In this document: piece by piece, positions 41,174 to 55,670 of the stretch
Layout of the letters: each line of letters opens with the position of its first letter
How positions within the stretch are numbered: the first letter of the stretch is position 1
Assembly: GCF_009914755.1 (NCBI RefSeq)
Contig: NC_060925.1
Length of the DNA stretch: 64,000 nt
Reading direction: 5' to 3' (one strand)
Source: the human T2T-CHM13v2.0 reference genome, Homo sapiens
Notes under the pieces: generated by a model
What the model was told of the DNA's origin: nothing
The model's database searches: none
What the model saw: only the letters and a program-made list of their open reading frames with translations
Position numbers and translations under genes: made by a program

Positions 41174-42611
41174 TGACTTCCCAGAACTATCATCTTCTTC
41201 CCTGGAGCTTCTATCATCATTCACTTATTCATCCACCCATCTAGTCATCCATCCATCCACCCAATCATTCAATCATCCAATTATTCAGCAGCTAGGAATT
41301 GGCACTTACTACATGTTAGGCACTGTGCCAGGAGCTCGGGATACAATGGTAAGCACATTCAGACAGGGTCTCTGCCTTTAGGGGCTCAGTCTGGCTACCC
41401 CAACAGTCACTGAATAATACAATATCCTGCTTGATTAGTGCTAGAAAGAAAATGAAGAGTGCTATGAGACCATACAACATGGGGGCTTCCCCTGGTCTGA
41501 AACTATCGGGAGAGGCTTCCCAGAGGAAATGACTCTTACTTGCTGAAAGACAGAGGATGGCCTGGAGCTGACAGGTGCAAGGCAGCAGCACTTTCTACCC
41601 TGTGACCTCCGCATCCTTCTCTCTTCTGGACTGAACCTCCTTTTGCTCCTCCTGCCGCCACTCTTTCCAAGGGCCTGTGAAATGCTCAAGGAGGATGAGA
41701 CCCTCCACACACAGTCTGATTTCCTTTCCAATGAAAGCCAAGCCTGCATCTGATTTTTTGGCAGCCACATTCGCTCGTTTGTGTTGAAATCGTGACACTA
41801 TGTCTATATTTTCCATTGGACCAGAAATATCATCTAAGAAAAGAAATAAGTAAGAAAATGCATGCAGTTAAGCAAGACCCTCATAGTGGCCCCAGAATGG
41901 ATCTTGAGGATCACTGGTCTTTTTCCTGAGGGACTTGCCCTCTGCCTATTGATCTAAGATTGTCACCAACACCAGGGCAGAGCTGAGTTCCCGGGTCAAA
42001 CCTGTCTTTCCAGCTAGAATTCCAGAGGAAACCCCAGTCCCTGTTGGGGCTGAAGGTGCTTCCTTTTGGCGTCGGGGCCTCTCGACACTAATAATTAGCG
42101 TCTTGCTTCTTTGAGGAACCCACAGGAATGGCCAGGGCTTTGCAAACTGCTTCTCTCAACATCCCCCAGCTCCTCCCAGAGAGTCGACTGGGATTCTTAT
42201 CTTACTGATGAGGAAAGCAGAACTCAGAAAGGTGAAGGTGACAGAGCTGAGACCTCAAGCCAAGCCCTCCAGAGCCAACACCATTTCCATGATACACACA
42301 CCTCACTTGAATTACATTATTATGGGGCAACTCACTGAATGTCTAAAGAGCTACCACCTACTGAACACCTATCACGTGCTCTCTCTACCTTGCCCATTTA
42401 TTCCCTCTCTACTTAGTGTCCCAAAGACACCTCAAATGTAGCATGTCCATAAGAGAACTGTAACATGTCATTGGTTTTGTGTCCCCACCCTGCTCTTCCC
42501 TTTGGCTTCCCAATCTTGGGAAATGGTGCAACCATTCACCCATAGACTCAGGCGCCAATGCTCGGAGTCAACCTGAAAGGAGGCAGAGAGAGAGGAAGAA
42601 CAAAAAAACAC

Positions 42612-42970
42612 AGATGGATGGATGGACAGATGGATGGATGGATGGAAGGATAGATGGATGGATGGATGATGAATAAGTGTGGATGGGTGGATGGATGCAT
42701 GGTGGATAAATAAGTGAATGATGATAGAAGCTCCAGGGAAGAGGATGATGGTTCTGGGAAGTTAACTGCACTTCAATATAAAGAAGAGCATTCCTTGGAT
42801 AAGGATAGACTGAGTAGAAAAAAGAAGAAAGAGGAAGAAGAAGAAGAAGAAGAAGAAGAAGAAGAAGAAGAAGAAGGAGGAGGAGGAGGAGGAGGGGGAA
42901 GGGGAGGGTGGGAAGGGGGAAGGGAGGGGGAGGGAGAGGGGGAGAAGGAGAGGAGAAGGAGAAGGAGGCA
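42612..42970. repeat. (TGGA)n (about 42612-42705) and (GAA)n(GGA)n / G-rich purine tract (about 42815-42968)
   Basis: Directly visible. Confidence 0.92.
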
Positions 42971-43290
42971 CATTCTAAATGCACCAGGCTGGGCGTGGTG
43001 TCTCATGCCTGTAATCCCAGCACTTTGGGAGGCAAAGGCAGGCAGATAACCTGAGCTCAGGAGTTTGAGACCAACTGGGCCAACATGGTGAAACACTGTC
43101 TCTACTAAAAAATACAAAAATTAGCCAGGTGTGGTGGCATGTGCACCTGTAGTCCCAGCTAATCAGGAGGCTGAGGCAGGAGAATCACTTGAACCCAGGA
43201 AATGGAGGTTGCAGTGACCCATGATCTAGCCACTGCACTCCAGCCTTGGCAACAGAGTGAGATTCCATCTCAAAAACAAAAACAAAAACA
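42701..43290. repeat. Older inverted duplicate of about 40270-41240 (L3 fragment plus Alu), interrupted by a purine-rich tract
   Basis: 42701-42793 is the reverse complement of about 41145-41237 (about 6 mismatches in 93 bp). The Alu at 42987 starts after a similar flank (cattct..aa..gcacca) to the Alu ending at 41130. Confidence 0.75.
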
Positions 43291-43438
43291 GCAGAGGAGA
43301 GAGGAAGAGAGGAAGGAAGAGAAAGAGAGGAGAGAGGGAAGAGGGATAGTGGAGGGAAGGCTAGAGGAAGGAAGAGAGGAAGGAAGAATGAAGGAGGAGA
43401 AGAGAGAAAGAAAATGAGGAAAAAAATAAGGAAAGGGA

Positions 43439-45015
<1,577 letters not shown>

Positions 45016-45799
45016 CTATCTTGACGATTTCAGCCAATGCCCGTGAGTACCAGCAGGAGCCTCTATCCCTCTCTGCCCCACCCTGCATCCACGCATTCAT
45101 TACATCATTCATCCCCCCTCATTTTCTCAACACCCACTTGTGCCAGGCCCTGAGGTGGCTCTAGGACCGAGAGACAGGGATCACAGAGCTCCCCAGTGGA
45201 GTGGAGGGTACAGACATGTCGACAAGAACACTGGAACCCAGTGCGGGCTGGGAGCGTGCGGTCAGACCTGCAAAGCGGGGAAGAGAAGGGGGTCGGAGAA
45301 GCTTCGCGGGGAGAATGGGGTGAGGCCTGAGGCCTGTCTCGGAAAGCAGAGGGGCAGGTGGGAGAGTGGAAAAGACATTCCTGGAGGAGGGAACCAAAGG
45401 TGCTGAATGTGCAGAGGCAGAGATCCTGCGACAGGAGAGAAAGTCCTCGAGAATGACCCCAGCATAGGATGAGAACAAAGAAGGGGATCAAAGGAAACGG
45501 GCCCTCGGTGGCCGGGTGCTAGAAGGCTCTGAGTGTCAGGAGAGGGAGCGTGACCTCCCTCATGGGGTCAGTAGGGCCACTGTATGGCTTTAAGCCAGGG
45601 AAGGACAGGAGAGGTTTCTGTAACTGTGGCTGTAATGATGGAAGCGTCTGGAGGCGGAGAGGAGGCTCCTGCGACGACCCAGGCTTCAGAGAGAGAGAGA
45701 GAGAGGAAAGAAGGAAGGGCAGATAGGAAAGCTAGGAAAGATGCACAGAGAGACCAAGGCAGAAAAGGCTGAAGGGAAGACGGCAGTGGTAGGAAGGGG

Positions 45800-47000
45800 G
45801 CAGAGCCGTCTCAGGATGCAGCCAGCGGGCGAGGAGGCAGAGACCCGCTTGCCCGGTGCCTGGACTCACCAGCCGGTGCAGCCAGCCGGCGCCGGCGTGC
45901 GTGTCCTTGAGGCGGAAGAGGCGGCGGTTCGCGGAGCTGCGGCCCACGTACCACAGCATCTGCAGCAGCATGAGCGCCGTCAGGAAGCACAGCAGGTCGC
46001 TCTTGCTCACGCCCGCGGCGTGCACGGCCCAGGCCAGCAGCAGCAGCAGCCCCGCCACGAACACGATCAGCCCATACTGGCTGCTCAGCATCTCGGCCAG
46101 CCTCTGTGGGACGCTGGCGCGCACACCGCCCCTCCGGGGGGCCGGGGACTCCGGGCACCTCGGGGCCGACGGCGAGGGAGGCGGGCAGGCCGCGGGCCCC
46201 GATGACCTCGCGACTGAGGCGCTCGCAGCTGCCCGGGGCCAGGCGGGCGACCCCAGGCCCTCAAGCATCTTCAAGACACCCGCGCCAAGTCTGGCCCCGG
46301 GGGTGGCTGCCGTCGGGCCCCGCCTGCGCTCCTGGCTCCTGTCCTTGCCCCGACGCCTCTGCCAACCAGCACCCCCCTTTTCAACTCCCCTCCGATTCCT
46401 ACCCCACGCCCCCAACAACCTGCCCCGTCTCCTGTCACTTCCCGACGCCCGCCCTCCCCTCTTCTGCCCCTTCGTCCTCAGTCAAGGTACCACCCTGTCC
46501 ACTTACCCAGCGCCCCACCCCGCTGACCCGGGATTCTACGAGCTCCCTTGCCCACTGCCCCTCACTGGGCAACGCCCGGGGCAGCCATCTGTCCCCTCCG
46601 GGACCCACGCGGACCGCTCCCGGCTCCTGATCCCTGGGACACTGGCCAGCCCTGCCCCGACACTAGCGCGTCCTCCCGCACCTCCGCCCGCGCGCCCGGC
46701 CCCCGCCCACCGTCTGCAGCCCTCACTCCTGCGCCGACGCCCACCCACCCAGCCCCTGTCCCGGCGCCTCAGAAACGCTGGGTGACGAGAGATGCCTCCC
46801 AGAGTCCCGGGGTTGCGGGGCTGGGGAGAGGGGGTCTTCCAGAGCCAGCCCGAAGTGGGGTGTGCGCGGGGGGCGTGGCTGCTGCCAAGTGGGGCGCACG
46901 GGGCTCCACAGGGGCGTGCTATGCTCCGGGCCTTCCCCGAGGGTCTCCGTTGGGGAACCCAGAGGTCCAGGTGATCCTGCCTGGGTCCGTGTCCGAGCGT
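45800..47000. promoter_or_regulatory. CpG island / GC-box promoter of the OTOP1-like copy
   Basis: Very high GC and dense CpG over exon 1 and about 700 bp upstream, with CCGCCC (Sp1-type) boxes, e.g. around 46450 and 46685. Boundaries approximate. Confidence 0.85.
45870..46268 (-). pseudogene. OTOP1: OTOP1-like coding exon 1 (399 nt from ATG to donor)
   Basis: Translates MLEGLGSPAWPRAAAS...SSQYGLIVFVAGLLLLLAWAVHAAG...KDTHAGAGWLHRL, then donor GTGAGT at 45869-45864. Lacks LLW in LLQ[LLW]MLW. Ends in phase 0 whereas exon 2 needs phase 1. Confidence 0.93.
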
Positions 47001-47861
47001 CCGATGGTCTGTCCTTGTCCCTGCGTATTTCTGTATTGTCTTCTCTGTGCCGGTCACTCTGTGTCTGGCCGTCTGTTTTCGGGTGTGTCTGGTTAGGGGT
47101 GGAGGAGCGCCAGTCACTGGCTCTCTGAATTGGGGGAGGGGCCGCCTTCTGTGGGTTTTTCTGTTTGTCCATCTGGTGTGCCTGTGTGTCGGCTGCGAGA
47201 CGCCCAGGCGCAGAATAAGACCTGAGCCACTTTCTAAGAAAAGAGACCATCCCGCACCCTCCCCCAAAGGAGCGGCAGCCATTCTGGACGCAGAGGAGCT
47301 GGAATGAGGGAGGCCCCAGGGTCTGCCCTGGGGCAACCGGCGCCCAAGCATCTCCACCAGCCCCTTCCAAAGCCCCGGTGCCTGCCTTGCACCTGCCTGC
47401 TCCCGGAAGGAGACTGCGTCTGCCAGGGCGCCCTGCTCGGGTGCCATTAAGTGGAGGTCTGGGAAGTTTCTGCAGAAGAGCGTTCTACCGGTCGGGCGTG
47501 GCTGACAGGAGGCGGTGGACCCCAGCCCCCCAGCTGCAGGTTGGAGAGGGGAGTTGGGAGCGAGCCTGGGGCGAGCCCCCATCCCACCATGCAGCAGCCC
47601 GGGGCTGGGCCCCGGAAGACACCCTCTCCCTCTTGGTTTAAGGCTCTTGCAGTCTTGAAATTCTTAATTTTTGAACAAGAGGGCCCAGGTTTTTGTTTTG
47701 CGCTAAGCGCAGCAAATTGCAATAGCAGGTCCTGACTAGTAAAGGAGGGGTGGGGAGTCCTGGGCCGGCAAGAAGTCAACCTGGGGGACCTTGCCTTGCC
47801 GCCATCATTCTTCCAATTCATGCATTCATTCATTTGATCAACACACATGTATGTGTTGACC

Positions 47862-48388
47862 TATGAATCATTTGCTGGTCTCTGTTGTAGGCGCTGGGGT
47901 TTCAGCTATGAAAGGCTCTGTTCAGGTGGAGCTGATGTTCAGGTAGAGAAACAGCAATAAACAAACAGCTAATGAGCCTTGACTGGGAAGCTGGGGAGCG
48001 TGACCTGTGAGACTTAGCCCTCAACTTCTAAGAGCTTGGGGGTGGGGACAGAGTAAGCAGCACAGCACCCTTGAGCAGGGCTACCACCAGGGGCCTGGGA
48101 GGAGCCCAGGTCTGCAGGAAGGCTGCGAGGTTCAGGGAGGAGGCAACACCTGCACAGTCTTCTTTCTTTCTTTATTTTATTTTTATCTTTTAATAAGGAC
48201 AGGGCCTCCCTATGTCTCCCAGGCTGGAATGAAGTGGTGTGATAATAGCTCACTACAGCCTCGAACTCTGGGGCTCAAGTGCTCCTCCCACCTCAGCCTC
48301 CCAAATAGCTGGGACTACAGGTGTGTGCTACCACGCCTGGCTCAGTTTTTTAAAATTGTTTTTTGTAGAGACAGGGGTCTCGCTGTGT
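47862..48388. repeat. Donor copy of the 527-bp inverted repeat (L2 fragment, unique sequence, part of an AluJ)
   Basis: Here the AluJ continues intact to about 48485 and the L2 end continues leftwards, so this is the ancestral context. Confidence 0.9.
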
Positions 48389-48813
48389 TTCTCAGGTTGA
48401 TCTCAAACTCCTGGGCTCAAGCCATCCTCCTACCTCAGCCTCCCAAAGCACTGGGATTACAGGCTCCAGCTACCACGTCCAGCCTCCTGCACATTCTTTA
48501 GGCTTAGGAGTGGATGGCCAGGTGGAAGGGAGCAGGGGTCTGGAAAGGCAGTCCAGAGAGAGGATCCAGCAAACCTACTGGGAATCCTCCACCTTCTCCC
48601 CTCCTCTTCCTACCAACAGCCAGAGCAACCTGGGAGGCTGAGCTGAAGATGGAAGAGCCTGTCTGCGTGTCTCCCCAGTGACTAGTGAGGTGGCTTTTCC
48701 TCCCGAAGCTGGACCTTACATCAGTGAGAAATAAACTTCCATTGTGCTAAGCCACCAAAGTCTGAAATGTTACAGCAGCTAGCAGTACCTTAACCCATTG
48801 AGTACAAAGATAA

Positions 48814-49119
<306 letters not shown>

Positions 49120-49288
49120 TAGGCTGGTCTCAACTCCTGACCTGGTGATCCACCCCTTGGCCTCCCAAAGTGCTGGGATTACAGGCATGAGCCACCACAC
49201 CTGGCCTGCATTTTTTTAAGAAGCAATGAAATGAAAGTTTCTGGAGGCTAAAGTCAGCCCCCTTTATTGTAATCTCAAGACAATGTTA

Positions 49289-49623
<335 letters not shown>

Positions 49624-49912
49624 TCAAAAGTCTGAGCCACACGGGGCCCCCAATTTCTTACGACTGACCCCTGCTCCATGATGGGAAGATACAAGGGGTC
49701 AGAAATGGTGCTCTGGTGGTGCCCAGGCCTGCTGTTTTCACCACATTTGGTGCATGTTACCCCTGCCCACACTGTGTCCTGAGAACTGTGTGGCATGGCT
49801 CAATCAGTGTAAAAGCTGGAAACGTCCTGACCAGGCAGCTGCTTCCCAGTGATGATTCAGTACCACGCAGATGGACAGGGAGGCATGGTGCCCTCGGGCA
49901 TGGGCTCCCTTC

Positions 49913-50601
49913 CTTTTTTTCTTTTTTTTTTTTTAATATTTTAAGTTCTAGGGTACATGTGCACAACATGCAGGTTTGTTACATATGTATATATGTGCCA
50001 TGGTGGTGTGCTGCACCCATTAATTCGTCATCTACATTAGGTATTTCTTTTAATGCTATCCCTCCCCCTTCCCCCCACCCCATGACAGGCCCCGGTGTGT
50101 GATGTTCCCCATCCTGTGTCCAAGTGTTCTCATTGTTCAATTCCCACCTATGAGTGAGAACATGCAGTGTTTGGTTTTCTGTCCTTGCGACAGTTTGCTC
50201 AGAATTATGGTTTCCAGTTTCATCCATGTCCCTACAAACGACATGAACTCATCCTTTTTATGGCTGCATAGTATTCCATGGTGTACATGTGCCATATTTT
50301 CTTAATCCAGTCTATCATTGATGGACATTTGGGTTGGTTCCAAGTCTTTGCTATTGTGAATAGTGCCGCCATAATCATACATGTGTATGTGTCTTTATAG
50401 TAGAATTATTTATAGTCCTTTGGGCATATACCCAGTAATGGGATCGCTGGGTCAAATGGTATTTCTAGTTCTAGATCCTTGAGGAATCACCACACGGTTT
50501 TCGACAATGGTTGAACTAGTTTACACTCCCACCAACAGTGTAAAAGCATTCCTATTTCTCCACATCTTCTCCAGCACCTGTTGTTTCCTTTTTAATGATC
50601 A
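49913..50601 (-). mobile_element. 5'-truncated L1PA (primate L1) 3' end with TSD
   Basis: Poly-T, then the L1 3' UTR signature ttaagttctagggtacatgtgcacaac; 14-bp TSD catg(g/a)gctcccttc at 49899-49912 and 50602-50615. Confidence 0.9.
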
Positions 50602-50790
50602 CATGAGCTCCCTTCTTCCAGTGAAGTTGACAGGATTTCACAAGGCCAGAGGCCCACTGGCACTCTCAACTACCAGAGATAATAGAAGGTCCCAAGGGGC
50701 AATTAGCACATTTTGCCCCCAGTCACCTTTGGTGGTAGCTATGTAATCCCAGTATTTTTAAGAACAAAAGAGTTAGACAGTGTATTCACT

Positions 50791-50824
<34 letters not shown>

Positions 50825-50825
50825 A

Positions 50826-51026
<201 letters not shown>

Positions 51027-51109
51027 TGAGCTCCTGACCTCATGATCCACCCACCTCGGCCTCCCAAAGTGCTGGGATTACAGGCATGAGTCACTGTGCA
51101 CAGCCAAGT

Positions 51110-51562
51110 GGGTGGGTCTAACAAAGTGCCACTGACGGGGTGGCTTCAAAACAATGAAAATTTATTCTCTCACAGTTTGGGAGGCCAGAAGTCCAAAATC
51201 TAGACGTCAGAAGAGCCAAGTTCCCTCTGAAGGCTCCAATGGGGGGTCATCGCCAGCCTCTTCCAGTTTCTGCTGGTTGCTGGCAACCCCTAGCATTCCT
51301 TGGCTTGTGGCTGTATCACTCCAATCTTTGCCTCTGTTGTGACTTGACCATCTTTCCTTTGTATCTGTGTCTCTTTTCCTCTTCTTATAAAGACACCAGT
51401 CATAATGGGTTAAGGGCCCAACCTACTCCAGTATGACTTCATTGTAATTTACATCTTAATTAAATCTACAAAGACTCCATTTCCAAATAGGGCCACAATC
51501 AGAGGAACCAGGGGTTAAGATTTCAACAGATCTTCTGGTGAGCAAAAATTTAATCTATAACA
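51110..51562 (-). mobile_element. MLT1 LTR
   Basis: aaatttattctctcacagtttgggaggccagaagtccaaaatc...cttataaagacaccagtcat...tccagtatgac. Confidence 0.7.
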
Positions 51563-52676
51563 CACAAATGATAGTCAAGATATGGAATTAACCTGTGCAT
51601 CCATCAATGGATGAATGAATGGACAAAGAAAATGTGTGTATGTATACACATTGTATACATACACAACAGAATATTATTCAACCTTAAAAAGAAGGAAATG
51701 GCCGGGCACAATGGCTCACGCTTGTAAACCCAACACTTTGGGAGGCCATGGTGGGTGGACTGCTTGTGCCCAGGAGTTCAAGACCAACTGGGCAACATGG
51801 CAAAACCTCAACTCTACAAAAAAATAAAAATAAAAAGGCTGAGTGTGGTGGCTCATGCCTGTAATCCCAGCACTTTGGGAGGCTGAGGCAGTTGGATCAC
51901 CTGAGGTCAGGAATTTGAGACCAGCCTGACCAACATGGAGAAACCCCTTCTCTACTAAAAATGCCTGTAATCTCAACTACTCAGGAGGCTGAGGCAGGAT
52001 AATCACTTGAACCCAGGAGGCAGAGGTTGTGGGTGAGACAAGATCACACCATTGCACTCCAGCCTGGGCAACAAGAGTGAAACTCTCTCTCAAAAAAAAA
52101 AAAAAATCAGCTAAACCCAGTGGTGTGCACCTGTAGTCCCAGCTACTTGGGAGGCTGAGGTAGGAGGATCATTTGAGCCTGGGAGGTCCAGGTTTCAGTG
52201 AGCTGAGATTGTGCCACTGCACTCCAGCCTTGGTGACAGAGCCAGACCCTGTCTCAAAAAAGAAAAAAAAGGAAATCCTGACATTTGTAACAGTATGGAT
52301 ATGAACCTGGAAGATACTATGTTAAGTGACATAAGCCAAGCACAGAAAGACAAATGTCACATGATCTCATTTATATGTAGATCTAAAAAAGCTGAGGTCA
52401 TATAGGTAGAGAGTAGAAGAGTGGCTACCAGGGGCTGGGCAGCAGGTGGAATTTGTGGGTTGGGAGATGTTGGTCAAAGGGTACAAAATTTCATTTAAGT
52501 AAGAAGAGTAAGTTCAAGAGATCTATTGTACAGCTTAGTAATTATAGTTAATAACAATTTATAGCATTTTAAAAATTGTGAAGAGTAGATTTTAAGAAAT
52601 CTCACCACAAAAAATAAGTATGCAAAGTAATGCATATATTAATGAACTCCATCTAGCCATTCCACATGTACCCTTG

Positions 52677-53822
52677 GACTTCAAAACTTGGAAAAAATGA
52701 ATTGAAAATATAAACTTTATGTCTCAACATAAGCTCCATCAAGTTCAAGACACTTGTATAAGTCATGCTACAGCCATTTAGCCCATCCTTAAGGAACTGA
52801 AGGTCCTGAGAATTTAACCATATCAATGCAGTCTTTTACACATTAACTGAAAAGGGTATCCTTTACAGATTAAGATTACGAAACAAAAAGAAGTTAGGAG
52901 GAGCCAAATCAGGACTGTAATGATTTCCCATCAAAATTCTCCCAAAATTGCCCTTGATGACAGGAATAACCAGAAGCATTGTCATGGTGGAGGAGGACTC
53001 TGCTGAAATTTTCCCAAGAATTTTCTGCTAAAGCTTTGGGTAACTTTCTCAAAACCCTCTCATAATAAGCAGATGTTACCATTCTTTGGTCCTCCTGAAA
53101 GTCAACAAGGGAAGTGCCTTGAGCCCCAAAATACTGTTGCTATGAGTTGTGCTCTTGACTGGTCTGCTTTTGCTTTGACTGACCCACTTCCACTTCTTGG
53201 TAGCCATTGCTTTGATTGTGCTTTGTCTTCAGGATAGTACTACGAAATCCATGTTTCATAACTTGTTGCAACTTTTCGAACAAATGCTTCAGGATCTTGA
53301 TCCCACTGTTTAAATTTCCATTGAAAGCTCTGCTGTTGTTTGCAACTGATCTGGGCACAACAGTTTTGGCACCCATCAAGTGCAAAGTTGGCTTTCAGTC
53401 AGAATTGTGTAACCTGAACCAATTTGACGTCTATGACACTGTCTATTGTTTCTGCTATTGTTAACTGCTATTAATCATCAGTCCTCTTTGATTAGGGCAT
53501 AAACAAGATGAATTTTTTCCTCAAAGATTCGTGTGTAGGGTCTCTTACTGAGGGCTTCCTCTTCAACATCATCTCATACCTTCTTAAAACAAGTTATTCA
53601 TTTGTAAGCTGTTGATTTCTTTGGGGCATTGTTCCCATAAACTTTTCATGAAGCATTAGTGATTTTACCATTTTTCACCCAAGCTTCATAATAAATTGAT
53701 GTTTGTTCTTGCTTCGATTTTAGCAGAATTAATGTTGCACTGATGTGGTCTCTTTTCAAACTGATGTCTTATCCTTCTTAGTGTCTCAAACTAGATCCTG
53801 TTCAGACATGTTATGACAAGTT
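52677..53822 (-). mobile_element. Hsmar2 (HSMAR2) mariner DNA transposon, near full length, decayed
   Basis: Minus-strand motifs (I)NSAKIEARTNI (start codon decayed to ATT at 53733), WVPKLL.PDQLQT.AELSMEI, VLLHHDNA, YSPDLAP.NFFLF and KCLELDGAYVE.* (TAA 52719-52717). Many stops and frameshifts; TIR remnant only at the left end. Confidence 0.88.
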
Positions 53823-54464
53823 AAAGACTCTGTCTCAAAAAGTCTTTTTTTAAGTAATAGGACAATCTTCATACCATCCTAATTGGCCAGTTATTAGCTC
53901 TTGGGAAACTGGGTTTTAACTAATTGTTTTAAACACATGCCAGCCTTAGATTTCTATCCATGTTGTAAACATACTCTTCAAGAAAAAAAAAAAAGATATA
54001 AAATGTGTGAAGGCTGACACTGGGGCACTCTCCACCCAAGCTCCCTCCAGGGAGTGTGATCCAAATGCCCTCCCTTCCCGGGCTGCTGCCTCGGTTGTGC
54101 CGGACCCTCACATCACTGCCTGATTCATCACTGCCTGATTCGGCTGCCTGATTGTGGCCTTTGCCTGGCCTTGCTCCCTATTTTAAATGACACTCTCGCC
54201 ACACCTTCACATACCCATGACAACAAACTGGGTTTACTTCTGTCTACTCATCATGCCTGACTTTCCCCTTTGCAAACATCATGACGGGATGTGATATTCC
54301 TGATCCTAGATTCTGCTTTCCCTTTCTTTCCCTCTCCATTACCATTTATTGAGTGGACACCTACTGTGTCAGGCACTGTAATTGGTGTTTTACAAACATT
54401 ATTACTATTACCCACAACCCTACAAGACAGATATTGTTCCCACTTCACAGCTGAAAAAAGATTA

Positions 54465-54630
54465 CAGGCTGACTACCCCTTCTCTGAAATGCTTGGGACC
54501 AGAAGTGTTTTGGATTTTGGAATACTTGCATTGTATTCCAAAACCCGAAATGCTCCAATGAGCATTTCCTTTGAGTGCCATATCAGCAATCAAAAAGTTT
54601 CAGATTTTGAAATTAGGGATACTAAACCTG
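54465..54630 (+). mobile_element. MER46A-type (Tigger4/Zombi) MITE within a MIR
   Basis: TA-caggctgactacccct ... agggatactaaacctg-TA terminal inverted repeats; internal gaaatgcttgggaccagaagtgttt. Confidence 0.75.
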
Positions 54631-54934
54631 TACTACTGAAGGTCTTGCAGCTAGTAAATGGCAGGGTATGATCTGAACCAGACACAAGTGGTGATTAAGT
54701 CAAATCATTACTAGAAGTCACCTTACAGAGAAAACAATCAACATGAGGTACATTCTGTCACAATGCTTATGCTGTTTAGATTTAATGTAGATATATTTGC
54801 ATTTGAAAGTGCAAATACTGTCTTTATAAAGTCTTTGAAGAACAGAGTTAGCCCTTGTTATTTCTATGGTTAATTCAAAGTGCTAATAGCTAAAAACCAG
54901 AAGTCATTCCAAAGTTTGCATGAACAAAACTCAC

Positions 54935-55654
54935 AAGAAAGTTATAAAAATATTTTATTTAAATGGTACAGAAAAAAATATGTATACTTAAAAATGATTA
55001 AAACTTCACATTAGGAAATGCTAAAAACCCAGTAATTTACACAATGATAAAATCTAAAGTGACGGGAAAACATAAAATATTTTCATTTGGTCCTGTCACC
55101 TAACAAAACGATCATAAATATGAGATTATAGTAATTACTAAAGCTGGTTAAAGGCACATGACAACGTAATTCCTTTATACATATCCAGTCATTTTATACA
55201 AGGAACTGCTATCCCTTAAATGGAAGAGTGAACTATTTGTTTAAAATATTAAGAGTGCATCATGTACCTATAATGAAACCACTTTCTCCAAAGACTCAAA
55301 CAGATTAACATTGCAAAATAGTATTTCTGTATCACTGACTTCTGAAAATTTTAATAATTTAAGAATATGCAAGTGAAATATAATTTATTCTGGTTTCAAA
55401 AATAGTTATACAAAGTCACAATTTTCCCCAGGAAACCATTCACTTCATAGCTGCAAAAACACACTGTAGCTTTTCTGTTAGGGTCTGTCATGCTTTCAGC
55501 TAGCTGGATGTTTAACCATTCACTTCAAATTTACGTGTCCAGCCATGCACGGTGGCGTGGGCCTGTAGTCCCAACTACTTTGAAGGCTGAGGCAGGAGGA
55601 TCACTTGATCCCAGGAGTTCAAAGCCAGCCTGGGCAACATAGAAGACCCTATCT
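54935..55654 (-). pseudogene. TMEM128: Probable TMEM128 terminal 3'-UTR exon
   Basis: Candidate acceptor (T)n-taag| at 55655 supplied by an antisense Alu monomer tail; AT-rich unique sequence; AATAAA on the minus strand at 54959-54954. The 3' end is inferred. Confidence 0.6.
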
Positions 55655-55670
55655 CTTAAAAAAAAAAAAA
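55541..55670 (+). mobile_element. Alu monomer (FLAM-C-like)
   Basis: agccatgcacggtggcgtgggcctgtagtccca...agaccctatctcttaaaaaaa, single arm. Confidence 0.8.

Noticed and set aside
42568-43117. Poly-Glu, poly-Leu and poly-Ser ORFs
   Set aside because: Translations of the (GAA)n(GGA)n microsatellite and the adjacent Alu.
45741-47582. Long ORFs over the CpG island (309 aa +, 348 aa -, 215 aa -, 182 aa +)
   Set aside because: Stop-poor GC-rich DNA; Pro/Ala/Arg-rich translations antisense to or overlapping exon 1, with no recognisable family.
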